A stretch of DNA of 64,000 nucleotides from a bacterium (lineage in GTDB: Archaea > Nanobdellota > Nanobdellia > Pacearchaeales > GW2011-AR1). Positions 1 to 9,603 of this stretch are shown one piece after another. Position 1 is the first letter of the stretch; every line of letters starts with the position of its first letter. Below the pieces are notes generated by a model. The model was given only the letters and a program-made list of their open reading frames with translations, had not been told where the DNA came from and did not search any database. The translations under genes were made by a program, and so were the position numbers. The stretch covers positions 183,286-247,285 of the forward strand of contig DAIQOR010000001.1 of NCBI GenBank assembly GCA_036787775.1, read 5' to 3'.

Positions 1-284
1 CTAAAATTTTAATCGTTTGCTTCGGTGCAGTTTCGAAACCAATTTATGAATTAAAAGGGAATTATTCAATTTTCAGACCAATTAGAATGTTCCCAGTTTT
101 AGAAAAACAATTCAAAGAAGTCGCAGACAAGCACGATAAAATAATTGTTGTTGAAATGAACGATGGACAATACGCTTCTGAATTAAAGAAAATTATCGGA
201 CCCGAAAAAATTCACAGCATTCCAGTTTTGGGCGGACAAATAAGTTTGGAAGAAATAAAAAAGGAAATTGAAAAATTAAAATGA
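1..284 (+). CDS. 2-oxoacid:ferredoxin oxidoreductase alpha subunit, C-terminal fragment (gene runs off the window start)
   Basis: The frame is open from the window edge. The C-terminal IVVEMNDGQ...IHSIPVLGGQ segment resembles the KorA/PorA C-terminus. Beta and gamma subunits follow downstream. Confidence 0.5.
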   Translation, partial: KILIVCFGAVSKPIYELKGNYSIFRPIRMFPVLEKQFKEVADKHDKIIVVEMNDGQYASELKKIIGPEKIHSIPVLGGQISLEEIKKEIEKLK

Positions 285-742
285 ATTTGAGAAGATTCAG
301 AAAAGAGGATGCGAAGAGCGTAGCAGATTTAATTAGAAGGAATGATATCGAGGTGACTTCAAAATATTATCCGAAAGAACTGATTGAAGTTTGGGGAAAG
401 GGGTTATCCCCAGAATATATAATAAATCTGTCTAAAGGAAAAATCTGTTATGTTGCAGAAGAAAAGAAAAAGATAATTGGATATATCTGTTTAGAAGGAA
501 ATTCAATAAACAAATTATTTGTTCTTCCCCAAGAACACAAAAAAAGTATAGGAAGTTTATTATTATCCAAAATAGAGGGCATTTGTAATAAAAAGGGTTT
601 CAAAAAGATAGTTTTAGACAGCAACATCTCTTCTGAAGGATTTTATTTAAAGAAAGGTTTCAAAAAAATAAAAACTATCTTCAGAAATAAAAAGGGAATA
701 AAATTTAAAGTAATACAAATGGAGAAAATTCTAAAATGTTAA
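281..742 (+). CDS. GNAT family N-acetyltransferase
   Basis: 153 aa. It carries acetyl-CoA motif A (LFVLPQEHKKSIGSLLL) and a GNAT-like fold signature. It overlaps both neighbours (ATGA overlap at 281-284, 7-nt overlap at 736-742). Confidence 0.6.
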   Translation: MNLRRFRKEDAKSVADLIRRNDIEVTSKYYPKELIEVWGKGLSPEYIINLSKGKICYVAEEKKKIIGYICLEGNSINKLFVLPQEHKKSIGSLLLSKIEGICNKKGFKKIVLDSNISSEGFYLKKGFKKIKTIFRNKKGIKFKVIQMEKILKC

Positions 743-1440
743 GAAAAGAAAATCCAATAATTTGGTGTAAGGGTTGCGGGATGTATTCAGCTTTAGCAAA
801 GACTTCAGAAATTTTAAAAAAGTTAAACCTAAAAAATCCAGTGGTGGTTTCAGGAATCGGATGTGCTGGAAGAGCCTCAGGTTATTTCAATTTAGATTCT
901 GTAAATACATTACACGGAAGAGCGGTTCCCCTCGCTGAAGGAATAAAAAGAGCAAATCCCAAAGCGAATGTTTTCATTTTTTCTGGAGATGGAGATTTAT
1001 TAGGAATTGGCTTAAATCATTTAATTCATTGTGCACGAAGAAACACAAACCTAACAATTCTATGTTTGAATAATAATATTTACGGGATGACCGGCGGGCA
1101 AGCTTCACCCACAACACCAAAAGGGCAAGTAACAAAAACTTCTCCTCGAGGTTTAGAATTCGAACCAATAAATATTCAGAAAATTTTGATGTCCAACAAA
1201 AAATATTTTTACGCGAGAACGAATGCCTATAACTTGAATCATTTGTCCGAGTGCATCGAGAAAGCTTTCAAACACGAAGGATTTTCTTTTGTGGACATTT
1301 ACATGGCCTGCACAACAAACTTAAAACGAACTCTCAAAAAAACAATTCCCGAAATCATAAAACCCTACAAAGAAGATTACACGATTGTTAAAGAAAACCG
1401 AGAATTAAAAGATAAAGAATACGGAGTGAATTTTAAATGA
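736..1440 (+). CDS. 2-oxoacid:ferredoxin oxidoreductase beta subunit (TPP-binding)
   Basis: It has a CxGCG N-terminal motif and GIGCAGR. The TPP-binding GDG-X-N region (FSGDGDLLGIGLNHLIHCARRNTNLTILCLNNNIYGMTGGQ) is typical of KorB/PorB. Confidence 0.8.
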   Translation: MLRKENPIIWCKGCGMYSALAKTSEILKKLNLKNPVVVSGIGCAGRASGYFNLDSVNTLHGRAVPLAEGIKRANPKANVFIFSGDGDLLGIGLNHLIHCARRNTNLTILCLNNNIYGMTGGQASPTTPKGQVTKTSPRGLEFEPINIQKILMSNKKYFYARTNAYNLNHLSECIEKAFKHEGFSFVDIYMACTTNLKRTLKKTIPEIIKPYKEDYTIVKENRELKDKEYGVNFK

Positions 1441-1772
1441 AATTAATTATCACAGGTTCTGGAGGAGAAGGAATAAAATTTTTAGCAAAAAAACTTTCGG
1501 ATTTGTTGTTAGAAAAAAATTATGAAGTCTCTTTAATGATTTCTTATGATGCTGCAATGGAAGGCGGAGAGATTTACGCGACATTAGTTTATTCCAAAGA
1601 AAAAATAGAGAACCCTCTTGTGGAAAAAGCAGATTTGCTGGTGGAACTTTCTAAAGTAAAACAAGAATTTGAAGCCGAAGAAAAAATAACTTTGGACCAA
1701 ATACCTCAAGATTCTTTTAAAAGATTAAACGAAAATGTTTTGGATTTTCTCATTGGGAAACTGAACCTATAA
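1437..1772 (+). CDS. 2-oxoacid:ferredoxin oxidoreductase gamma subunit (short)
   Basis: The LIITGSGGEGI N-terminus is typical of Por/Kor gamma. It overlaps the beta stop (ATGA). Confidence 0.55.
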   Translation: MKLIITGSGGEGIKFLAKKLSDLLLEKNYEVSLMISYDAAMEGGEIYATLVYSKEKIENPLVEKADLLVELSKVKQEFEAEEKITLDQIPQDSFKRLNENVLDFLIGKLNL

Positions 1773-1816
1773 TTTACTACAATTATATTTAAATAACAAC
1801 CCCGTTTTTTCTTTAC

Positions 1817-2977
1817 ATGGTGAAATTTGCCCACATTTCTGACGTGCATTTAGGAGGCTGGAAACAAGAGCCCATGACTAAATTGAATTCCGATTCCTTC
1901 AAAAAAACAATCGACACCTGTCTACAAGAAAAAGTGGATTTCGTTTTAGTTGTCGGAGACCTTTTCGACTCGGCCTACCCTCCAATTGAAATCCTAAAAG
2001 AAACCTTCGCCCAATTCAAAAGATTAAAAGAAGCAAACATGCCATGTTTCATCATCGCCGGCTCACACGATTATTCCGTTTCAGGAAAAACATTTTTGGA
2101 CGTTTTAGAAAAAGCAGGATTCTGCAAAAATGTTTACGACGCCGAAGAAATGGGCGACAAAATAATACTCAACCCAATAATTCACAACAACGTCGCACTC
2201 TACGGATACCCTGGAAAAAAATCAGGAATGGAAATCCCAGAACTACGAAGAATAAAATTAAACGACGCCCCTGGGATGTTCAAAATTTTCCTACTCCACA
2301 CCTCAATAGACAAAGCAATCGGCACGCTACCAATAGATTCAATCGAAATAGAACTTTTACCCAAAGCGGATTATTACGCCCTCGGGCACCTACACATTGA
2401 TTTCCGACATGAAAACTTCGTCTACCCCGGCCCGATTTTCCCAAACAATTTCCAAGAACTCGAAGACCTAAAATACGGAAGCTTTTACATTGTCGACACA
2501 GAGTCAATAAACCCTTTAAAAAAAATAGAACTAAAAATAAAAGAAGTCGAATCTGTAAAAATAGAAGTAAAAAACGCACCAACAGCGACGAGCGAAATTC
2601 TTGCCGAACTTGAAAAAAGAAATTTAGAAAATAAAATTGTTTTGCTCAGAGTTAGAGGTGAATTAGAAAACGGAAAACAATCCGACGTTAAATTTCAACA
2701 AATAGAAGAATTTGTCAAACAAAAAGGGGCATATTTTCTTTTGAAAAACACGCACAATTTGAAAACAAAACAAATAGATTTGGGCATGAAGATAAAAGAC
2801 GACGAGAACGTCGAAGAGGAAACAATAAAAGTTTATTCTAAACAAAATCCCTCTAATTTTAATCATTTAATTCCTCAACTAATGGATTCACTTTCAATTG
2901 AAAAACAAGAAGATGAAAAAACAGAAGTCTTCACGAACAGGATTATCGACGAGGCAAGGAGGATTTTGAAATTCTAA
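1817..2977 (+). CDS. mre11: Mre11 DNA double-strand break repair nuclease
   Basis: It carries the calcineurin-like phosphoesterase motifs DVHLG, GDLFD, GSHD and GHLH. It is directly upstream of, and overlapping, rad50. Confidence 0.85.
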   Translation: MVKFAHISDVHLGGWKQEPMTKLNSDSFKKTIDTCLQEKVDFVLVVGDLFDSAYPPIEILKETFAQFKRLKEANMPCFIIAGSHDYSVSGKTFLDVLEKAGFCKNVYDAEEMGDKIILNPIIHNNVALYGYPGKKSGMEIPELRRIKLNDAPGMFKIFLLHTSIDKAIGTLPIDSIEIELLPKADYYALGHLHIDFRHENFVYPGPIFPNNFQELEDLKYGSFYIVDTESINPLKKIELKIKEVESVKIEVKNAPTATSEILAELEKRNLENKIVLLRVRGELENGKQSDVKFQQIEEFVKQKGAYFLLKNTHNLKTKQIDLGMKIKDDENVEEETIKVYSKQNPSNFNHLIPQLMDSLSIEKQEDEKTEVFTNRIIDEARRILKF

Positions 2978-5022
2978 TGTTACTTAAAAAAATAACTCTA
3001 AACAACATACGAAGCTACGAAAATCAAGAAGTAGAATTTTCCGAAGGTTCAACTTTACTGTCTGGAGACATAGGTTCAGGAAAAACTTCAATTCTTTTAG
3101 GAATAGAATTTGGATTATTCGGATTACAACCAGGACAAAGAGGCTCGGCACTTCTTCGAAACGGAAAAGACAGCGGAGGTGTGAATTTAGAATTTGAAGT
3201 CGAAGGAAAAAAGGTTTTAGTAGAAAGAACTTTGAAAAGAGGGAAAACAATTTCACAAGATTTCTGTGCGATAACCATTGATGGAGAAAAAAAAGAATTG
3301 GCAGTAACTGAATTAAAAAATAAAGTTTTAGGATTATTAAATTATCCAATTGAATTTTCAAAAAAACAAAATATCCTTTACAAATTCACCGTTTACACGC
3401 CTCAAGAAGAAATGAAACAAATAATTTTACAAGATTCAGCGACGAGAACAAACACTTTAAGACACGTTTTTGGAATTGACAAATATAAAAAAGTTTTAGA
3501 AAATTCGGCCGTAGTAATACTAAAATTAAGAGAAGAAAAAAGAATAAAGGACGCCCTAACTTCAACTTTGGACCAAGATAAATCGGAAATTATTTCTAAG
3601 GAAGACGACTTACAAATAAAGAAATATGATTCAATTTTATTAGAAGAAGATGTTTCAATAAAAAAGAAAATCCGAGAAAAAATTCAGCAGGATATGCCAG
3701 AAGTCACAAAAAAGATTGATGAAAAAAGAAATTTAGAACAAGAAGTTGCAAAAACAAAAATAATGATTTCTAATAAACAAGAGGCAATATTAAATAATCA
3801 AAATTTATCCCAGCAAATAAAAAATCAAATTCAAGAATTATCTCAAATTGTTTTCGACGAATCAAAAATTTCCCAATTTGAAATAGAAGTTCAAGCATTA
3901 AAAAAAGAGAAAGATAAATTCAGCGAGAAAAACATCCTTCTCAACGCACAAATAACTTCTTCAAAAATCAAAATAGAAGATGCAAAAAAATTAGAACAAA
4001 AGATTTCAAGCTTAGAAATTTGTCCAACTTGCCTTCAAGATGTCGACGCTATTTATCGAGCGAATGTTCTAAACAAGACACACAATGAAATTTCTCAAAA
4101 TAAAAATTTGGTTCAAGAATTAGAAATAGAAAAGAAAGTTTTGATGGAAAAATTAATTTCACTTGACTTAAAAATCTCTCAAAAACATAAAGAAATAACT
4201 GAATTACAAATGCTCAAAATTAAATATGAAGGCATGCGAGAAAAGAGAAACAGAATAATCGAAATAGAAAATTCAAATTTGTACTTTGAAAAAGATTTGT
4301 TAATTTTGAAACAACAAATTGAATCTCTGAGAAGCTCGGTTTTTAATTATTCAAAATACGACGCAATCTTTGAACAAAAACAAAAAGAGTTGGAAGAAGC
4401 CAGAAGGCAAGAGAAAATGTCTGAGATTCGAGTCGCCGAGTTGAGAAGAGAAATTGAAGTTTTCTCAAGACAAATCGACGAAATGAAAGCCCGCGTAAAC
4501 AAAACCGAAGAACTAAGATTACAACTTAATCACATTTCGGCGTTGGAAGATTGGTTGTCGAAAAAATTCATTTCAATTATTTCAACCATCGAAAGAAATA
4601 TTATGGTAAAATTAAAAGCAGAATTCTCGACGCTGTTCAACGAATGGTTTTGCATGCTCGTGTCAGACAATTTCAATGTTCGGTTAGACGAAGAATTCAC
4701 TCCAATAATTGAACAACAAGATTACGAAATCGACTACGCCTACCTTTCCGGCGGTGAACGAACAGCAATCGCCCTCGCCTACAGACTTTCCTTAAATCAA
4801 GTTATCAATTCTTTACTTAGCAAAATCAAGACAAAAGATGTTGTAATTCTGGACGAGCCGACCGACGGATTCAGCGAGCAACAACTTGACAAAATGCGAG
4901 AAGTTCTGGAACAATTGAATGTTAAGCAATTAATCATAGTGAGCCACGAGCAAAAGATTGAAGGTTTCGTTGAAAATGTAATAAGGTTCAAGAAGGAAAA
5001 CGGGATTAGCGTCAAAACGTAA
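2977..5022 (+). CDS. rad50: Rad50 ATPase
   Basis: It has Walker A (GDIGSGKTS), a long coiled coil with a central CPTC zinc hook (4021-4032), the signature LSGGERTAIALAYRL and a Rad50-type Walker B/D-loop (ILDEPTDGF). Confidence 0.85.
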   Translation: MLLKKITLNNIRSYENQEVEFSEGSTLLSGDIGSGKTSILLGIEFGLFGLQPGQRGSALLRNGKDSGGVNLEFEVEGKKVLVERTLKRGKTISQDFCAITIDGEKKELAVTELKNKVLGLLNYPIEFSKKQNILYKFTVYTPQEEMKQIILQDSATRTNTLRHVFGIDKYKKVLENSAVVILKLREEKRIKDALTSTLDQDKSEIISKEDDLQIKKYDSILLEEDVSIKKKIREKIQQDMPEVTKKIDEKRNLEQEVAKTKIMISNKQEAILNNQNLSQQIKNQIQELSQIVFDESKISQFEIEVQALKKEKDKFSEKNILLNAQITSSKIKIEDAKKLEQKISSLEICPTCLQDVDAIYRANVLNKTHNEISQNKNLVQELEIEKKVLMEKLISLDLKISQKHKEITELQMLKIKYEGMREKRNRIIEIENSNLYFEKDLLILKQQIESLRSSVFNYSKYDAIFEQKQKELEEARRQEKMSEIRVAELRREIEVFSRQIDEMKARVNKTEELRLQLNHISALEDWLSKKFISIISTIERNIMVKLKAEFSTLFNEWFCMLVSDNFNVRLDEEFTPIIEQQDYEIDYAYLSGGERTAIALAYRLSLNQVINSLLSKIKTKDVVILDEPTDGFSEQQLDKMREVLEQLNVKQLIIVSHEQKIEGFVENVIRFKKENGISVKT

Positions 5023-5061
5023 ATTTTATAAACATTACAATTCATTATATTTAATAATAAA

Positions 5062-5301
5062 ATGGTTCAAAGTGTAATAGATATAAGTTCAAATTTGGAT
5101 AGAGTGCTGAATATAGTCAAAGCTCAACACGGATTCAAAAATAAAAGCCAAGCTCTTGAGTTAATTTTAAATGTTTATTCAGAAAGTTTTCTTGAACCAG
5201 AATTGAGACCTGAATTTATAGCAAGATTAGAAAAAATTAAAAAAGAAAAAGGAATTCCTTTCAAAGATGTAAACGAGTTGCGAAAAATCATCGAGGAATA
5301 A
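5062..5301 (+). CDS. putative antitoxin (partner of the RelE-like toxin), family unclear
   Basis: It is a 79-aa ORF ending 1 nt before the RelE-like gene. No clear RHH or Phd motif was recognised. Confidence 0.35.
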   Translation: MVQSVIDISSNLDRVLNIVKAQHGFKNKSQALELILNVYSESFLEPELRPEFIARLEKIKKEKGIPFKDVNELRKIIEE

Positions 5302-5302
5302 A

Positions 5303-5572
5303 ATGTATTCCTACGAAATAAAACCTTCATTACAAAAAATTCTGAAAAAATTGTCGAAGAAGAATAATCAATTATATGAACAGGTTTTAAAAAAGATTCA
5401 AGAGATATTAACTTGCGAAAATGTTGAACATTATAAAAATCTAAGGCATGATATGAAAGATTCCAAAAGAGTTCATGTGGGGCATTTCGTTTTGATTTTC
5501 AATTATGAAAAAAATAGTGGGTTAATCTCATTTGAAGATTTAGGTCATCACGATGACATCTACAAAAGATGA
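5303..5572 (+). CDS. relE: RelE/ParE-family type II toxin
   Basis: 89 aa. The N-terminal YEIKPSLQKILKKLSKK and C-terminal RVHVGHFVLIFNYEKNSGLISFEDLGHHDDIY follow the RelE/YoeB pattern (RVG.YRIIY...I.HR.DIY). Confidence 0.55.
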   Translation: MYSYEIKPSLQKILKKLSKKNNQLYEQVLKKIQEILTCENVEHYKNLRHDMKDSKRVHVGHFVLIFNYEKNSGLISFEDLGHHDDIYKR

Positions 5573-5646
5573 GACCCGAAAATTTTATAAACCCTCATTC
5601 TGTAAAAATAATATATATTTTCTAATGTAAATTAGATTATTCTAAA

Positions 5647-6273
5647 ATGGATCAAGAATTAAAAGACTCAATTTTGAAAACCGGAACTACAATCTTAGGT
5701 ATTGTTTGCAAAGACGGAGTTGTAATGGCTGCCGACAGAAGATCAAATGTCGGGCACATGATTTATTCAAAAAGTAGCGAGAAAGTTAAAGCGTTAAATG
5801 ATTATCTTGTGTTTGCAGGATGCGGTTCAGCAACGGAAGTTCAGAAAGTCGCACAATTATTAAAGGCCGAGTTAAAATTAAAAGAATTAAAATCCAAAAT
5901 TCAACCAACAGTCAGGCAATCCGCCTCATTATTATCAAATATCCAAGTAGAGGCAAGTGCATTTATTCTTGCAGGTTTAGATAAGGACGGAAAATGTTCC
6001 CTTTATGATATTCTTGGGGGACATCTCAGCGAAATCGAAGACTATACCGCAAGTGTCGGTTCAGGAATGCCGTACGTTTTAGGACTTTTAGAAAGACAAT
6101 ACAAAAAAAATTTATCTCTTCATGAGGGAGTAGAATTAGCAAAAGAAGCTTTGAAGTCTTCAACTCAAAGAGATAGTGCATCAGGCAACGGAATCGACAT
6201 ACTCACAATTTCCAAAGATGGAATAAAAAAAGTGGTGGAGCAAACAATTGAGCCTAATTACAAGGACGATTAA
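5647..6273 (+). CDS. psmB: proteasome beta subunit
   Basis: A propeptide is followed by the TTILGIVCKDGVVMAADRR catalytic Thr region. The length is typical. Confidence 0.85.
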   Translation: MDQELKDSILKTGTTILGIVCKDGVVMAADRRSNVGHMIYSKSSEKVKALNDYLVFAGCGSATEVQKVAQLLKAELKLKELKSKIQPTVRQSASLLSNIQVEASAFILAGLDKDGKCSLYDILGGHLSEIEDYTASVGSGMPYVLGLLERQYKKNLSLHEGVELAKEALKSSTQRDSASGNGIDILTISKDGIKKVVEQTIEPNYKDD

Positions 6274-6283
6274 AAAATAGACA

Positions 6284-8167
6284 ATGGATATTCTAAAGAA
6301 CATAATTGAAAGACTGAAAAGTAAAATTACTGAAGCGAGCTTCGAAGGCGCGAACATAGTTATTTACACAGACAACGAACGATTTTTCAAAGACGGCGAG
6401 TCACAAATAAAAGAAATAGTTAATGACATAAAAAAAAGAATCGAACTCCGAGCCGACCAAAAAATTTTACACAAACAAGAAGAAGTTGAAAAAGAAATAA
6501 AAAAAATAATCCCTGAAGAAGCCGAAGTCACAAACATAATTTTTGATTTACATCGTAGCATCGTTATCATCGAAGCAAAAAAACCAGGAATGGTTATCGG
6601 AAAGCAAGGTTCAATTTTAGACGAAATCCGGAGAAGCACAATGTGGACGCCCCAAGTTCAAAGAAGTGCCGCAATAAAAAGTCAAATCACCGACAGCATT
6701 CGAGAAGTTCTTTACGCAAATAATAATTACCGAAGAAAATTCTTAAACGAAGTCGGAACTAAAATTTACAAAGAATGGTCGCCAGACAAAGTCGAAGATT
6801 GGGTGCGATTAACAGTTTTAGGCGGAGGAAGACAAGTAGGACGAAGCTGTTTCCTTTTACAAACTCCAAATTCAAAAATACTTTTAGATTGCGGAATCGA
6901 CGTGGCTTCCCAAGGAAAAGACAAATTCCCTTACCTCGACGTCCCAGAATTCGACATCGCACAATTGGACGCGGTAATAATTTCACATGCACATTTAGAC
7001 CACATCGGGCTACTTCCTTACTTATTCAAAATGGGTTACAAAGGACCAGTTTACATGACGCCACCGACGAGAGATATCGCCGCACTTTTAGCGTTGGACT
7101 TTATCGGAGTTGCATATAAGCAAGCGTCCGCACCGTTGTTCGGTTCCAAGGACATAAAAGAAATGGTAAAACATTCAATCTGTTTAAATTATAATGAAGT
7201 CACCGACGTAATGCCGGATGTTCGATTAACTTTTTACAACGCAGGACACTGCTTAGGCTCGGCGATGGTGCACCTAAATATCGGAAACGGATTTCATAAT
7301 TTTCTTTACACCGGAGATTACAAATACGGAAAGTCAAGATTATTAGACCCAGCAGTTTCAGTTTTCCCGAGAGTGGAATCAATCATGACTGAATCAACTT
7401 ATGGTTCGAAGCAAGACATTTTACCGCCAAGACAAAAATCCGAGGAGGAACTTTTGGAAGCAGTAAACAGAACAATAAACCGAGGCGGAAAAGTTTTAAT
7501 CCCAGAATTAGGTTTGGGAAGAGCGCAAGAAACAATGTTAATTTTAGAAGACGCAATGAGTTCAGGCAAATTAAAAAAAGTCCCCGTTTACATCGACGGA
7601 ATGATTTGGGATATTAACGCAATTCACACAGCATACCCAGATTTTTTAAGCGGACGAGTGCGAACGCAAGTTTTCCAAGACCAAAATCCATTCACCTCCG
7701 ACGTATTCTCCAGAGTTGGTTCATTCCAAGAAAGAAGAGCAGTTATTGAGGGCGGACCATGCATAGTTTTAGCGACATCAGGAATGCTTGTCGGCGGAGC
7801 GTCCGTAGAATATTTCAAAGAGTTCGCGTCAAACAAAGACAACGCAATAGTTTTCGTGTGTTATCAAGGAGTGGGCTCTTTAGGACGACAAGTTCAAGAA
7901 GGAATTAAAGAAACAAGAATGAATGTCGACGGAAAAGAAGAAAAAGTCGAAATAAATTTAGAAGTAAATACAATCGCGGGACTAACCGCACACGCAGGAC
8001 GAAACGAAATAATGTCTTTCTTCAACAACATGCGACCAAAACCAAAACGAGTAATGATAAACCACGGAGAAGTTTCAAAATCTTTAGATTTAGCGTCGGC
8101 AATTTACAAACTTCACCGAGTCGAAACAAACGTCCCAAGAATTCTAGAAACTTTAAGATTGAGATAA
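6284..8167 (+). CDS. aCPSF1 / FttA beta-CASP ribonuclease (KH + metallo-beta-lactamase + beta-CASP)
   Basis: It has N-terminal KH-like domains, the HAHLDHIG motif, and the length and architecture of archaeal CPSF73 homologues. Confidence 0.8.
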   Translation: MDILKNIIERLKSKITEASFEGANIVIYTDNERFFKDGESQIKEIVNDIKKRIELRADQKILHKQEEVEKEIKKIIPEEAEVTNIIFDLHRSIVIIEAKKPGMVIGKQGSILDEIRRSTMWTPQVQRSAAIKSQITDSIREVLYANNNYRRKFLNEVGTKIYKEWSPDKVEDWVRLTVLGGGRQVGRSCFLLQTPNSKILLDCGIDVASQGKDKFPYLDVPEFDIAQLDAVIISHAHLDHIGLLPYLFKMGYKGPVYMTPPTRDIAALLALDFIGVAYKQASAPLFGSKDIKEMVKHSICLNYNEVTDVMPDVRLTFYNAGHCLGSAMVHLNIGNGFHNFLYTGDYKYGKSRLLDPAVSVFPRVESIMTESTYGSKQDILPPRQKSEEELLEAVNRTINRGGKVLIPELGLGRAQETMLILEDAMSSGKLKKVPVYIDGMIWDINAIHTAYPDFLSGRVRTQVFQDQNPFTSDVFSRVGSFQERRAVIEGGPCIVLATSGMLVGGASVEYFKEFASNKDNAIVFVCYQGVGSLGRQVQEGIKETRMNVDGKEEKVEINLEVNTIAGLTAHAGRNEIMSFFNNMRPKPKRVMINHGEVSKSLDLASAIYKLHRVETNVPRILETLRLR

Positions 8168-8168
8168 G

Positions 8169-8579
8169 TTAAGAAATTAATTTAGAAATTATTTCAATAA
8201 ATTCATTCACATCTTTTTGTAATTCTTTGGTTATTGAATCAAATACTACTTCGTCGTCTATATTTCCGTATTGATGAGAAAGAATGTTTCGCATTCCTTT
8301 CGCTTTTTTAAATCTCTCAGCCAAATCCCTTGAAATAATATTATTGTTCATCAAAATTTCAAAAACATTTTCTTCTTCTTCGGGTTGTTTTAATTTTTTC
8401 TCTTTAATTATTAAAAAAGACAAGTCAGACATAGCTTCTACAATTTTTTCAAAATACCTTTCGCCAATTGCTCTGAGTTTAAAGTCATTTTTGTAATCTT
8501 CCAGACTTTTTGGAATGGAGACCTCTAATTCCTTGAGAAATTTTTCTATTTCAATGATTTTATCCCTTATTCTATTCAT
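8169..8579 (-). CDS. hepT: HepT-like HEPN ribonuclease toxin (DUF86)
   Basis: The Rx4HxY motif (RNILSHQY) is near the C-terminus. It has a 4-nt overlap with the upstream MNT gene. Confidence 0.7.
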   Translation of the reverse strand: MNRIRDKIIEIEKFLKELEVSIPKSLEDYKNDFKLRAIGERYFEKIVEAMSDLSFLIIKEKKLKQPEEEENVFEILMNNNIISRDLAERFKKAKGMRNILSHQYGNIDDEVVFDSITKELQKDVNEFIEIISKLIS

Positions 8580-9076
8580 TTAATATACAATATTCTATGT
8601 TTTTTATTTATTTCTTTAGTTATTTTTTTTGGAAGATAATTATAAACCTGAATATCAATTTTGTCTGGAAGATTTCCTAAAGTTCTTATCCTAAATTTAG
8701 TGGCGTCTTTCAAACTTATTTTATCGAACTCGACAGCAATGTCAATATCCGATTTCACACCAATTTCATTTTTTACAACAGAACCAAATAGCAAAATCCT
8801 TTTTATTTTATTTTTTAAAATGTCGTGTAAGATTTCTTCTTTTGCTTGTTCAATTTTTTCTTTAACATGTTTTGATTTTTTTAAATCAAATTCTTCTTCA
8901 AATTTTGAAACTTCCCGAATGAATCTAAACTTCTCCCGTATATCTCGAGACAACCGATTCTTCTCTGATTGAGTCAAATTAATCCCATTTAATTGTTTTT
9001 CAATTATTTTTAGCTCTCGCTCTCCAAATATTTTTCTCGAATTTTTGTTTGTTTTAAGTAATTGCATCAAATTCAT
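8576..9076 (-). CDS. mntA: MntA-like minimal nucleotidyltransferase antitoxin with N-terminal extension
   Basis: It has the GSx9-13SDxD motif (LFGSVVKNEIGVKSDIDIAVEF). It forms a canonical HEPN/MNT pair. Confidence 0.7.
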   Translation of the reverse strand: MNLMQLLKTNKNSRKIFGERELKIIEKQLNGINLTQSEKNRLSRDIREKFRFIREVSKFEEEFDLKKSKHVKEKIEQAKEEILHDILKNKIKRILLFGSVVKNEIGVKSDIDIAVEFDKISLKDATKFRIRTLGNLPDKIDIQVYNYLPKKITKEINKKHRILYIK

Positions 9077-9297
9077 TTTATAACCCTAATGATAGTTATA
9101 ATAACCTAAATAATGGTTATTTATAAACTTTTCTTAAAGTTTAATGAAGCAATCTAATCAAATCCCCTTCAACAAGAATTTTATTTTTTCTTACCCGCAA
9201 AGATAAAGGAACATCTGGCATTTTTATATTTTTTATTGACTTAGAACAGAGCCAAGAATTGAGATAAATTTATAAATAAGAATTTACTTAATTGAAT

Positions 9298-9456
9298 ATG
9301 AAAAATAAAAAGGGGGCAATTAATTTAATTGATATAATTGTTGGTTTAATTATTATTGCCGGCGGTTCTTTGTATATTTTAGGTCAAGCTTCAATAGGTG
9401 CCATAATCACCACAATCGGACTTTTAATAGAATTAATTGTGAGGTTTGTAAAATGA
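9298..9456 (+). CDS. small hydrophobic membrane protein (52 aa)
   Basis: The ORF is below the 60-aa cutoff. It has two predicted TM segments and an ATGA overlap with the next small ORF. Confidence 0.3.
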   Translation: MKNKKGAINLIDIIVGLIIIAGGSLYILGQASIGAIITTIGLLIELIVRFVK

Positions 9457-9600
9457 TAGAAAATTTAATTATGGAAAATGTAATCATTGGAACAACCGTA
9501 ATAGTTATAAATTTAATCCCGTTGATAACTAAAAAATATAACTATCTTCTACTAACCGCCGCCATTTCGGTTTTGTTGATGATGGTTTCAATTGCAATTT
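9453..9600 (+). CDS. small hydrophobic membrane protein (49 aa)
   Basis: This is a tandem partner of the previous small ORF. It is hydrophobic throughout. Confidence 0.3.
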
Positions 9601-9603
9601 AAA

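Noticed and set aside
2044-2582. Alternative-frame ORFs (118 aa on +, 100 aa on -) within mre11
   Set aside because: They lie entirely within a well-supported gene. Their Arg/Asn-rich or Leu-rich composition is typical of out-of-frame translation.
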